Assembly (NCBI GenBank): GCA_964016885.1
Contig: OZ024743.1
Span: forward strand, 189,596,001 to 189,660,000
Origin: Eledone cirrhosa
Taxonomy: Eukaryota
DNA length: 64,000 nt
Reading direction: 5' to 3'
Part shown: piece after piece, positions 40,818 through 53,394 of the stretch
Layout of the letters: each line of letters opens with the position of its first letter
How positions within the stretch are numbered: position 1 is the first letter of the stretch
Program-made: the position numbers and the translations under genes
Notes under the pieces: model-generated
What the model saw: only the letters and a program-made list of their open reading frames with translations
Database searches by the model: none
What the model was told of the DNA's origin: nothing

Positions 40818-42574
40818 CAATCAAAGGCATTTCAACCTTGAACATATTTCCCTTGTTTTTTGTTTTTTTGTTTAAAAGAAAGTAGGTATTGTTGTTATTT
40901 GATGGATATTTGGCTGATGTGTTTAGCAGATCCAGTAACCACTTAGAGAAAACTCTCTCACTGGCTAATGCTGGTAGCTTTGCTAGTCTATAGTTAGAGG
41001 ATTGACTTCAACCATTATTAAAAATAACAGGTAAATGTCATCATCGGGTATTATCTGCTCTAATGACAAGTGTTTCAGTTGTTTGAACAATGGAATAGCC
41101 TCTTCATTAAATTAAAGTGGAAGTGGCTGAGCATATATGCCTAATGTAGTTCTGAGGGATATTCAGTATCGCTCAGTGTGTAACATGGCTAGTTCTTTGA
41201 ATTACAAGAACGACTGATTTATGAAAGCAATGTGAAATAAACTGTTTTTTTCAAGAGGAATTGAACTCACAACTTTACAGTATTAATCCAAACACCTTAA
41301 CCACTAAGTCATGCAGCTTCCCTTGTGCTGATGGATAATTACAGGTGTGTGTATATGATGGGGAATTAAAACCCTTCTATGGTGTCTGGTAGGGCATAGA
41401 AGAATTAGAACTCAGAATACAAAAGACTAAAACAAGTATTGATGTTCTAACGACTGGTAATTTGTTATGAGAAGGTAATTAACTTTAACTACTATTAACA
41501 ATGGCAGGTAATTAATTCAGTTATTTACTTAGTTGTAGTTACAGCATATACAGTGTAGACTAAAGGTTAATTCTATTGTTGTTGTATTTTCTGTCTTTTG
41601 TTTTAGTAAGTAAAAGATATTCTATCTCTTTTCAATCAATGTATCGATAAGTTTGGTGCCAGTGAACAGCAGATCTGTATTTTGTAAGATGATTGCACAC
41701 TTGCAAAGGGGTTTATTTAATTGTTTGTTTATTTATTTATTTATTTGTTACTTCTGCTATTTTGGATATTCTAGGTGTCATATAACATAAAGTCGATGAA
41801 AGTGTTATTATGAATGGTGGGTGTAACTGCAATAATACTGCTGGGCTTGGTGGTGAAGGGAGGCTTGTTAATCATGATTTTAATTTGACAAAGATTAGTT
41901 GTTTTGCATGATACTAATTAGCATATGTTGCTTGTTTAAGTTAGAGCTTAATTGAAAAATTGCATGACAGACAACTGTTAAAGAAAGAGATTGTTGATTG
42001 CTAAACATTGATTTTCCTTTTATATTAACCTAAGGTCATGAATCTGTAGGGAAAGGGGCTTAAATGAATGCATAACCCACATGCATTCCTGGTACTTACT
42101 TTATGGTTGATGAATTAAACATGGTGAAATCTGGTAGCATCTGAACTCACTCAAAATGGAGACCAGTAAAATGACAAATTTTAAGGTTATTAGATTAGTG
42201 TTTTACAAATTAATTATACTACTTCACCTTACTAACACTATATTAAAAAGTTAAATAATGAAAATAATCATTAGACTGTGAGACTAATGCCTTGCAATAT
42301 TTGGTCTAAATTTACATTTTAAATTCATTACTTGTTGAGGTCAAATTTGCATTTCATCCATGTTGGGGCAATAAAATAAAATAAGAATCATGTACTGAAG
42401 GTATTTCTGATAAATTCACTCCAACACCTTTCGTGTTATTTTTCATCTTTTTCTTGCACCATGTACAGAAAACCATACCAAATTTTTTGCATTGATGAGC
42501 ACTACAAGATTGATGGAAACTTATGTCACCTTATGTCACCTTAAGTCAAAGTCAACCAGTGCATTTACACAAGG

Positions 42575-43170
42575 TGACTTCTTATATGCAGATGACGCAG
42601 CCATGCCAACATCAAGTGCACACTTTCTGGGAAACGCTGCTACTGCTTTGAATAATTCCTGTAAAGTAGGGAGGCTGACAATTAGCAAGCCAAAACCAGA
42701 GGTCATACATGTTGGCTGTGTGGCTCCATCACCAATCAAGAATGATGATTTCACTCTTAAACAAAAAATTTCATCTACCTTTGAGAAGATATGTCTGATG
42801 ATTCATCCATAAATTCAGAGATTACGTACAGATTATTTTGTGATACTAAAGATAAGATAGTGGAACAAGAGAACAAATACAGGGGTTCTCTGCCATGTAA
42901 GAACAGTTATCGTTGAAACAATGATCCAGAACCAGTCTCGGATGGATTGATCATGTATGCCAAATGGTAGATAATCAAATTCCAAAGCAACTCCTTTTTG
43001 GTAAATTAGCAAGTGGCAAGAGAAGCAGAGATCACTCATGGCAGCACTGGGAGGACTGCATTATAGAGGATCTGAACGCCTTCAGCTTCAAACTCACAAG
43101 ATGGCATGATCTAACTGCAGACTGCTGTGCCTGGTGGAAGCAGACAAAGAGTGGCTGTACTCTTTAGAAG
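42575..43170 (+). pseudogene. Heavily decayed RTE LINE RT/C-terminal fragment (non-PHD lineage)
   Basis: FLYADDAA..LTISKPKPEVI; MVDNQIPKQLLFGKLASGKRSR..WEDCIIEDL. Confidence 0.75.
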
Positions 43171-46100
43171 TCCAACTTGCCCAGTGAGCAGAAAATCACC
43201 ATATGCAGCATCATAATGAGAGTCCCCATCACCAATAATGAAGGAGATGAGAAAAGGTAAAATAACACACTTTCAGACAGATTGTAATCTGTCAATACAA
43301 GTAAATATCGGTCTCCATAATATAAACAAATATTTAATGCATAACACTGTGTTGATACACATGACATAATATATGAGACAGTTGAACAATATCTCTAATA
43401 GTTGAGTGGTTTAACAAATGCCAATGGGATATTCCATACTTAAAATAAGGTATCAGCTTGCATCAGAAAAGGTGTCTGGCCATAGAAAAACCTGGCTGTA
43501 AATTCACTCAAAAAGCATTGGTCAGCTCAAGGTTATAGTTGTCCAAAGCTATAATGAACATTTAAATGGTAGCTAATGTGTTTGACTTACAATTTGCTTT
43601 ATATTTGGTATGCAAACTTTGTATGTGAAACAGTCTGTTGTAACTTATATTGTTACATTTTGCCAACATAAATCACATGCACTGTGTAGTATTGTTAGTT
43701 AACAATAAATAAGTCTATTCACTTTGGAATGTAGACTAAAACTACTATGAGTGTTTTTTAATTGGCAATATGTCCCTCTTAAAATATAACAAACTCACAA
43801 TTTTTTGCTTTTTATATGTTGACATACATTTTTTAATAATAACATCATTGATTATTTGTGCTCAAATAACGTCTCAGCAGACCAATGACTGGTTTACTGT
43901 TTCTGTTGTTTTCTTCATTATCCTAAGTATTATTAGAATCCTTATTCCACAAAGAATAGCCATTAGTTATTCTTTGCAGTATGTTTAAGGAAAAATATAC
44001 ACACTAAGACACAATATCTTGTAGAGTATTTGAAGTGTTAGTATTGATTTGAATATCATACACGGCCCACGTCGTTTTCTGTTTGTCTTTATAGCTTTAG
44101 TATCATTTGAATTCGCTATATTATTAAATTATTTTTTCTACATCACAATTTATGCTAAATAAATATGAAATAAATATGTCTTTTTGTTGTTTAACCTCAC
44201 ATCAGCTTATTCAAACTTGTCATTGAGGCATTCCATCTTTAACTAACTTATTTATATTTCAGACGCTGTAAAAACTATATTTTTAATGGTCCCAGCCTGT
44301 TATTTGAGGAATATTTGTCTACTATATTGAGCACATTTAAATGACAATGAAGAAACTTTTTTCTTTGGGTGTTTTTTTTATCTTGTTTAATATTGTAGAG
44401 ACTGTCTTCACTATTTCCCCCTGTTATCAAAAGGAAAATGTTCTGGGTCAGTAAGTTTAGTTGCTAGTCTTTATTTTAGCTCTGCATTCAAAGTAGCCCA
44501 CAACATAAGTATTTTCTACTTTTTGCAACAACAAAGAGCCAGCTAGCAGAAGTGATGGAGCGTCAGACAAAATGCTTTGTAGTATTTATTCCAGCTTCTT
44601 GTCTTCTGAGTTCATATCCCACTGAGATCAACTTTGTCTTTCATCTGTCCAGGGTTTATAAACAAAGCATCAGTCTAAGGTGATTAACTGGTGTCATTTT
44701 CATTCTGGTTATTTGCGTTCTGTGTTCAAATCCTGAGATGGCCTATTTTAGGTTCAGGCATAATTCATGACATAGTTTATCACAACCTACTGGCTTTTGT
44801 GTGCCTCTAACAGAATCTACGTATTTACAAGCATTTGGACGAGGTCTCCAGTTAAATGATACATTTATCTCTTGCTCCTACCAAACTTAGAGGCTTTGAA
44901 AAGGGTCAAGGGTTTACCTTTCCCCAGGGTTACGCTATAACAAGATTGATGAGTACTAGTAGTAATAGAAAACATTATTGTTTATAAGATATATCCATCA
45001 ACATATGATCAGCTGTATGGAAGGGGGATAAGTATTTATATGTTTATGCTAATTTTAAAGCATTTGTAAAATAAGTATAATAACCTGGATCACAGATGAG
45101 GTTGGAGATAAGTTTAATATCTATTGAACCATACTCGTTGAAATGAGCAGTATAACACAAGTACATTATAAACATATCTGTTAAACAGAAAAAAAACACA
45201 GAAATAGTAATGGCTACTACAATCATCATACACACAGCACCAGTGCATATCAATGTAAGAATATAATAAATAGCATGTTTTCCTGAAAATAGAGTGAATA
45301 TATAATTTACAAATGTATTTTCTGTTGAATCTATTCATAAATAGCAAATTATACTTATAAGCTATATTCAGATATCTTTCTTAAAACAAGTAAATGTTAC
45401 AATTTCAGTTTCTTTTTCATCTCGCGTTGATATAACTACCTGATAATATATTCTATGAATATACATATATGCTGAGATACACATACAAGACAAAACAGTT
45501 GCACACAAAACAGTTGCAAAGGAGCTTGTGCAATATACAATATTAGTTTGATGAAGAAAAGACAGGTTTATATATAAACTAAGTGGAGATCGATGACTGC
45601 TATCAGGTAAGGTGGATAGCATTGTTAATAAATAAAGATTAAATATATATTTATTTGTGTTATGTATTTATTTGTATTTGTTGTAAGAACAAGTTTTGAA
45701 CTTATTGGACAAATACAAATGTATATGTAACTGATGAAATAAAGTAAACAATATGAACCATATTTTAATTGCTGAATGCTGGGTCATTAATTAGCTATGT
45801 TCCACATTCTAAAACATTTGGTGCAAACATAGTGAGAAATGTCAACATCTTCAAACAGAGAAATAGTGTTGGATAGATGGATTGAATCAACTCAAGGAGA
45901 ATTGAAACCAGATAATGAATATGGAATTACAAGAATTTATCACTGTTTTAATAAACAGAGGACATATCTAGCCTTGAGATAATGGTGAATATCTTGTGCA
46001 GGATAAAGTCTCCAGTTGAAAAGAATACCATTATCTTACTAGGTATAAGTCTATTGTTTATTGGCTTTTCAATGATGTTACTCTCTCCTAAGAACCTATA

Positions 46101-47690
46101 AGATTTTTTTGTTGATTAGATACAACATTCTAATCATGATTATTCCATTTACTTTTTAGACATAGCGTATATGGATAAAATTATCCAAGGTATTCTTTTA
46201 TTAGATGGTAGTGTGTAGTTGACTGTTATCTCTAACTTGTCATACAACCACATAGAGTTTCTCTCATGGACTCATGGTAACATAAGAAATAAGGAAATGT
46301 GCTATGCAGTGTTCTAAGAAACACACATTAATAAGATTATGTACAAATATAGTTATGTAGATATCTTTCAAGTTCTCCCAGAAATGTATCTTGGCATTCT
46401 TGAGTAGATGAAAAATTAATTTTCTCCTAGCTCAGATGACAGAATATTTTAAAAAATTATTCCCATAAGATCTAGTATCTATTACTGGCAGCTAGATGAA
46501 CTGAGGCAAACAGAATTAATAATACTGCCCAAATAAACAATAAATCATGTGAAGTATATTTGAACTTAAATCCTAGGTGTCTCTAGTGCAATATCATATC
46601 CATTAGGCTATTTCACTTTTACATTTATTTAGTTTATAAAGATAACAATCACAGCTATATCTGAGATAATTCATTAATCTTTTTTCACTCTAAAGGTTTT
46701 TATATGATTGAAAGGTATTATATGATTGAACATACTGCAGAGTCAAAAGGAATGCCTTTGTTTAGATTTATGAGTTGGCTCTAAAAGTAATTCTTAATAA
46801 TAAGATGAAAGAGCCAAATGAGATAAAGAAAAGAAAAATCACAAGCTCTATTGCTGAATATTGCTTTGTTGACTCTATGGCATGACAATATAAACTATCT
46901 TTTTAAATTCTATTTTAATTAATTCATTCATTGAAAGATCTCCAGAGAATATGCTGGAAATAAATTGATAGTCCTGGCAATTTTAAATAATGATTGTAAC
47001 AATTATTCATTACCCCCCCCCCCTCTTTTCTCTATGAAATATTATTGCTGCACAGGTGATATCGGGACTGGGAAAGAAATGTATTCCCATAGACATTTAT
47101 TATCAAAACTCATTACTTGTCTAAGAATTAAAAATACTCTACTGGCGTAATGCTTAAAAGTTCTCATGCTAAATTCACGAAGAACAATTAGGGTATTTCA
47201 AAACAATTAGTGGTGGTGAATCTGTTGGTTTGAGATAAGACAAAATCATCTGAGGCTGACTCTTCCCTATATAACATCACTTAGTTCAATGTTATTCTGT
47301 TTTTATTTTCACAGCATTCTGTCTTGCATAATAGTGTTTCTAGAAGAGGCACAACATCCCTACTTGTTGTGAGAGGTGACTAAAATAAAAGGGTTGGTAT
47401 CAGGAAGGAGATCCAGCTGTAAAACATTGTTTCACTATATCCAATCTAATCCATGCCAGCATAAAAGAATAGAAATAAAACAATGATGATGATGATGATG
47501 ATGATATATGTACTCACACACATATAAATAAAAAGTATAATGAATCGTCATCATCATAAATATTTAACGTCTATTTTTCTTGCTGACATAGGTTAGATGG
47601 GCTGTTCTGTGTTTAGGCTTCACTTGTCAGAGGATTAGATCCTGCTGATATGCTTCATATATATTTATATATATATATATATATATATAT

Positions 47691-48312
47691 ACGGAAAAAA
47701 TGAAATGATATTTCATTTCTCACTCTTAGTACAGCTGTTACTTAAATATAAGTACGTACACGTACATACATATATGTATACAGACGTACAGTAGTATGTA
47801 TATATATATACATACATGCACGCATATATATATGCACGTATGGATTCACCGAACATTTATTATAATGCTCGGTGTGTTTGTAAACAAACATCCCGTATTA
47901 AGCCGTACAGTGTCTAGCAACCATCGTTGCTCGTTTGTTCAACACTGACAAAGGAATGCTTTACTAGTTTCAAGCTTATTAGCTATCGTCAGCAACGTAT
48001 ACCTTCCTGCCAGATTGTTGAACGTATATACTTACCTTATGTATATTAACGGCTGAGTAGCCCAATTTGCATATCGAGTGGGTTAATCGGCCGGGTGCAC
48101 CGAAAACGATCGATAAACGGAAAAAATGAAACGATATTTCATTTCCCACTCTTAGTATGGCTGTTACTTAAATATAAGTATGTACACGTACATATATATA
48201 TGTATACAGACGTACAGTAGTATGTATATATATATGTGTGCATGTATGTATATATATATACATACTACTGTACATCTGTATACATATATGTATGTACGTG
48301 TACATACTTATA
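47691..48312 (-). mobile_element. 426-bp terminally redundant non-coding unit with hammerhead motif and fold-back end (retrozyme-like or PLE pseudo-LTR)
   Basis: ~120-bp direct repeat starting at 47691 and 48117; inverted partial copy at ~48250-48312; CpG-rich interior with a hammerhead core. Confidence 0.7.
47937..48023 (-). ncRNA. Minimal type I hammerhead ribozyme motif
   Basis: Minus strand: GTTCAACA-at-CTGGCA-gg-AAGG-tatacgttg-CTGACGA-t-AGCT-aata-AGCT-t-GAAA-CTAG-TA^aagcatt-CCTT-TGTCAG-TGTTGAAC. CUGANGA and GAAA cores, stem II, palindromic stem III, GUA site and long flanking stem I are all present. Confidence 0.72.
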
Positions 48313-50580
48313 TATATATATATATAAATGAACATACGAACACACATCAAACAGAAAACATGCACATAAACACATGCGCAAACAGAGACAACAATAAATA
48401 AATAGACAAATAAAAAATAGAATAAGTAAACTTTTCAATGGGAGGAAACATAATAGTATCACTGATTATGTCACAAGTGTGTGATAAAAGAACTCTGAGA
48501 CACTATATATATATATATATATACATTTTTTTTTTTAACTGTTGGTCAATGATAAGCCTTGATTGGCAGTCAAATTAACTATAGGGATACAAAATATACA
48601 AAAACGAAAACCAACCAAAACCAAACAGTGAGTGTGTTTTATAATATATTTCTGGCAATATTATAACAATATGACCCTCCCCAAATATAAGAATACATAC
48701 ACATGCATATATATATATATATACACTGACCGCATTTCCTAGGAACAAGGTGACACCCTGTATATATATCTGTAAAATGGTTGGCAATTGAATGGTAACA
48801 ATATAGTATAGAGAGGACTCTTCAGTCCTGTCAATAACATGGCTACTACACTAGTGCCAGAGTCATATTAAAATGTACTCAATAGAAAGTGATTTGCATA
48901 AGAAAGGCATCCTGACACAATGGAGTGTATCTGAATGAGATGTGGTTCATTGATAAGTCTAAAGGCACAATAACTGACTTGGTTTGTAAAACACCATCAA
49001 ACCCATACTCTTGTGCCACATGATTTGGGGGTTTAGTGCCAATGTGTGGCAACTTGGGAAAGTATCTTCTATTATTACCTTGGGTTGACCAATGCCTTGT
49101 GAGTGAAATTTGGTAGTTGGACTGCTCTGTGGGAGGAGATTTAGCAACTCCTTTCAGCATCAACAGTATTGATGGCTCTGTCATCATGTCAGCATATGTT
49201 ACAGTAGTGAAACAAGTAGCAGTGATAGTAATGAAAACACCATGTAAATGGATGTGTATGTGTATATATATATATATATGTGGGTGTGTGCACCATCTAG
49301 TGGATCCCAGCAGAAGCAGGGAGGTATAACTGCCTATATGTATTTTAAACTTAATGGTTCTCATCAGAACAGTGCTTCTTCCTTGCTACCCTCTACCATT
49401 AAGTTCGAAACAACAGACAAACTGCCTTTGTCACTTGAATAAGTTCTATATGAGTACACAATTTACATAGTAAAAAGCTTGCTTACAAAACTAGCACATA
49501 TCTTAAACTAAGTCCTCGAGATAATATGTGAGCTTTAAATGATTAATATTCAAGAAGTAGTAGTTTATTATGAAGTTGTTGTATGCCTCCTTCTCTAATA
49601 TATTTAAGCTACTCTTGATATGCTTAACTATATACCAACTTTGTCTAAAAGCACTGTATTCTACTCATCTTTCCTTGTTTCTTACTTCATTTATATCTTG
49701 TTTTGTGATGTTTCGACTAAATACTTAAATTAATGCTGACTACTGAGAACTTCTTTGCCTTGAAAGGATTTTCTTAGTGTTCTTCCTCCTAGCCAGCCAA
49801 TAATTAAAACTGTATACAGAATTTTTCTATGCAAATTATCTGTATCACATTCAAAGATGTTATGAAATATTTAGGGACCCTGCAAGCTTCAGTCTATGTT
49901 TGTAACATTCTTATTTCTTTTCTCTTCCCAAAGTGAAAAGACTGAGATTGAAGAATATTAGATTAAGTGGTTATATATTTCGACTAATTATATAAACCCC
50001 ATAAATAAAGTAACTTGATATCTTAGAGACGTTACAAAGTAATAAAAAAATGTTTCATAATCAAAATTAAGTTAAATGTATCTTGATGTATACTTTTAAT
50101 CATATCATTTGATACGATAAAATGAATAAAAGCTAGAATTTATCTGATTAGTTTATTTCCTGGTTCTGGAAATTCTTCCAGTGATTTTAAGAATACTAAA
50201 TCTCTAGGGATACTAACAATCGGTCATTGTTAAACCAAAATCTGATGCCAATGATGAGAATGAAATAATTCATAGAACTTTCAAATGCAATACAAGTGAC
50301 AAATAATAAACAGCACTTTGTGAAAGTGATTAATATATTGCAAGTATATTTGTTTGAAAACACAATATTGTTTCCATGCTGGAGTGCTAATACCAATTCC
50401 CCAGCCATTCCTGTAGATGCTGGGTGATTAATGATATTTGATAGTCAAACCGCAATTTAATATATCTCACAAGATGAATACAGATTGCTCTGTGAATTAA
50501 ACCTGAATTACTTTGAAGTGAAACATACTAAACAGATATTCCAAGTTCTATAAAGAGAAGATGGAGAAGGAGATTTAGAA

Positions 50581-51172
50581 TGAGAAGCATGTAGTGTCTT
50601 CACCATATATATATTATATTACTATGTGTGTATAGTTCCACATATACCTTGAGAAGTATGTAGTGTCTTCACCATATATATATTATATTACTATGTGTGT
50701 ATAGTTCCACATATACCTTGAGAAGCATGTAGTGTCTTCACCATATATATATTATATTACTATCTGTGTATAGTTCCACATATACCTTGAGAAGCATGTA
50801 GTGTCTTCACCATATATATATTATATTACTATGTGTGTATAGTTCCACATATACCTTGAGAAGCATGTAGTGTCTTCACCATATATATATTATATTACTA
50901 TGTGTGTATAGTTCCACATATACCTTGAGAAGCATGTAGTGTCTTCACCATATATATATTATATTACTATGTGTGTATAGTTCCACATATACCTTGAGAA
51001 GCATGTAGTGTCTTCACCATATATATATTATATTACTATGTGTGTGTATAGTTCCACATATACCTTGAGAAGTATGTAGTGTCTTCACCATATATATATT
51101 ATATTACTATGTGTGTATAGTTCCACCATATATATATTATATTACTATGTGTGTATAGTTCCACATATACCT
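50581..51172. repeat. 69-bp minisatellite, ~8.5 near-identical copies
   Basis: Unit TGAGAAGCATGTAGTGTCTTCACCATATATATATTATATTACTATGTGTGTATAGTTCCACATATACCT starts at 50581, 50650 and onward. Confidence 0.95.
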
Positions 51173-52060
51173 ATATTTGATTCAAATAATATTTAGCTGA
51201 TGTGTGAGCAATGCACTAAACTAAATTCTTTTAAGTTTAGTAAAACTGAAGTAGTTGTGAAACTAAACTGGTCAGATGTTTTAGTTAGTAGTGACTGTAA
51301 TTGCCATTTTATATTCAAAATGTTCTTGTTGATTCATGAAATACAATTTGATTAAAACTGTTCAAGTCCTCCAGACAAGGTCCTCACCACACACACATGA
51401 ACATATATAGGTATGTTTTTAAACGTGTTAGAATATATAAACAAATACAGAAGAGAGCATCTGGTGCATACTTCTTTATTCACGAGGTATATGATGAACA
51501 ATTCTGTAGTTACTCCAAATGGTACACACATATGCATGCACACACAAGCTGTGCATGGTAGGTTGGTTGGTGACTAAACTGGCAACCCCACCAATATTGT
51601 GAGGAATGTAATTTGGGACACCCTGCAGGATGAAAAACAAAATCTGTCAAAGGGCGGAGGAACTCAAGAGAATCAACAGCCATCTAATATTTTTTTCTTA
51701 TTTTTTTGTGGAGCAAGAGACTCCTGGTCTTCATTATGACATCTCTCTAGGAGAAGGTCACTCTGATATAAAACCTGTGACTCATTTACATTCAATGATG
51801 TAGACCAAGTTCTACTTTTTGGGTAAATGTATTCGATGTTCAGAGAGTGGGATTGGCCCCGTGCAAAGCCTTTCCTCACTTAAAAAAGCTTCAAGCACAG
51901 GCATCGCTTGATATGTGACATTTTTTGTGATGCATGGTATTGGTGGCCATAGGCAAGTCTCTAAAAAGCCACGTCCATGATGCTCATGCTTAATTATCAT
52001 GTGATGACATTACTCGAGATCGTGTTGCAGCCATCATATATACATTATACATATACATAC

Positions 52061-52325
52061 ATCATCATCATCACTGTTTTACATACATTCTTCCACACTA
52101 GCATGGGTTAGATGGGTCGTTCCATCATGAGCAGTCGGCTGGCCTTGTCTTGCTCATACAGGAACTGATTCTGGCTTGATTTCTACAGCTGGATGCCCTT
52201 CCTAACACCAACCTCATTTACAGTGAGTGCTGAGTGCTTTTTTTCTGTGGTGCCTGCATGACCACTTTACAGTGTGGGCTGGGTGCTTTTTTGCAGTGGG
52301 AGGGGTGGGGGCATATTGTCTATAT
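52061..52325 (-). mobile_element. RTE subfamily A 3'UTR-only insertion
   Basis: Matches 9279-9585, including the (GAT)n tail. Confidence 0.85.
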
Positions 52326-52351
52326 AGGCAACGAATTGGCAGAGTCATTAA

Positions 52352-52755
52352 GGAGGCACATGGCTTAGTGGTTAGAGCATTGACCTTGCAATCGAAAGGT
52401 TGTGAGTACAATTCTCAGACCGGGTGATGTGTTGTGTCCTTGAGCAAGACACTTTATTTCACATTGCTCCAGTTTACTCAGCTGTAGAAATGAGATGATA
52501 GGGATTGGGGTCCATATCATTCCACTGTAAAGTGGTCATGGAGGTGCCACGGAAAAATAAGCACCCATCCGACACTGTAAAGTGGCCGTGTAGGTGCCAC
52601 GGCAAAAAACCACCCAGCACTCACTGTAAACGAGGTTGGTGTTAGGAAGGGCATCCAGCTGTAGAAATCAAGCCAGAATCAGTTCCCGTCCCACCCTTTC
52701 AAACAGGGAAAAAGCGGACGTAAAATGAAATGATGATGATGATGATGATGATGAT
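52352..52755 (+). mobile_element. Full-length tRNA/CORE-like SINE with RTE tail, ATTAAG TSD, nested in a Deu/Nin-like SINE
   Basis: A box at 52361-52371; CORE-like GTGTCCTTGAGCAAGACACTT; LINE-A 3' segment; (GAT)n tail; ATTAAG at 52347-52352 and 52754-52759. Confidence 0.9.
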
Positions 52756-53193
52756 TAAGATTTTCGATAGAATGCTTTACTGTATTTGTCCCATCTCATT
52801 GCACCCTCTGTGTTCAATTCCCACAGTGTATCGATTTTGCCTTTCATCCTTTCGAGGTCAATAAAAAAATACCAGTCCTGTACTAGGGTCGATTCTTCCT
52901 CTATAGAAAAAAATGGCTGTGTACAGGCATGGAGAGGGTTGGGCTCCACCAGGTTTAAATATGCCCTACACCTGCCAGGTAAAGGATCATTATCCTTATA
53001 TATATATATATAATAATAATAATAGGGTTAAAGTATCGTAGGAGAGGATGAAGCTGAGAGATACAAAGAGGTGCGATACAGAATACTAAATGCTAATAGC
53101 CGAAGCGTAGTGTGCTCGATGCTTGGATTAACAGGGTTAAATATTAGAGAAGGTTAATATTTTACATAAGGTTTAAGCAGAGCTGGAATAAGG

Positions 53194-53336
53194 AAATGAA
53201 TGAGTGTCTAAAGAGTTACAAGCCGTTAAAACATTTCTTTATATAGCTCTTAAACGTGTTTCACCCAGAAACACTTGTAAGAGCTATATAAAGAAATGTT
53301 TTAACGGCTTGTAACTCTTTAGACACTCATTCATTT
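53194..53336. repeat. Near-perfect inverted repeat, 69-bp arms, 5-nt loop
   Basis: 53194-53262 versus 53268-53336, 67/69 complementary, loop ACCCA. Confidence 0.95.
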
Positions 53337-53394
53337 GCTTATATATATATATATGTGTGTGTATGTGTCATCTCTTCTGTGAGTTTCATTTGAA

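Noticed and set aside
50581-51172. Regularly spaced repeats as a CRISPR-like array (also 27133-27686 and 61015-62196)
   Set aside because: No unique spacers; these are plain tandem minisatellites in eukaryotic DNA.
51550-52000. RTE 5'UTR/HDV-like ribozyme and Tc1 transposase traces
   Set aside because: Only vague resemblance; I could not build the nested pseudoknot or DDE motifs.
52352-52425. tRNA gene
   Set aside because: A and B boxes are present but it continues into a SINE body with tail and TSD; no complete cloverleaf or T-run terminator.
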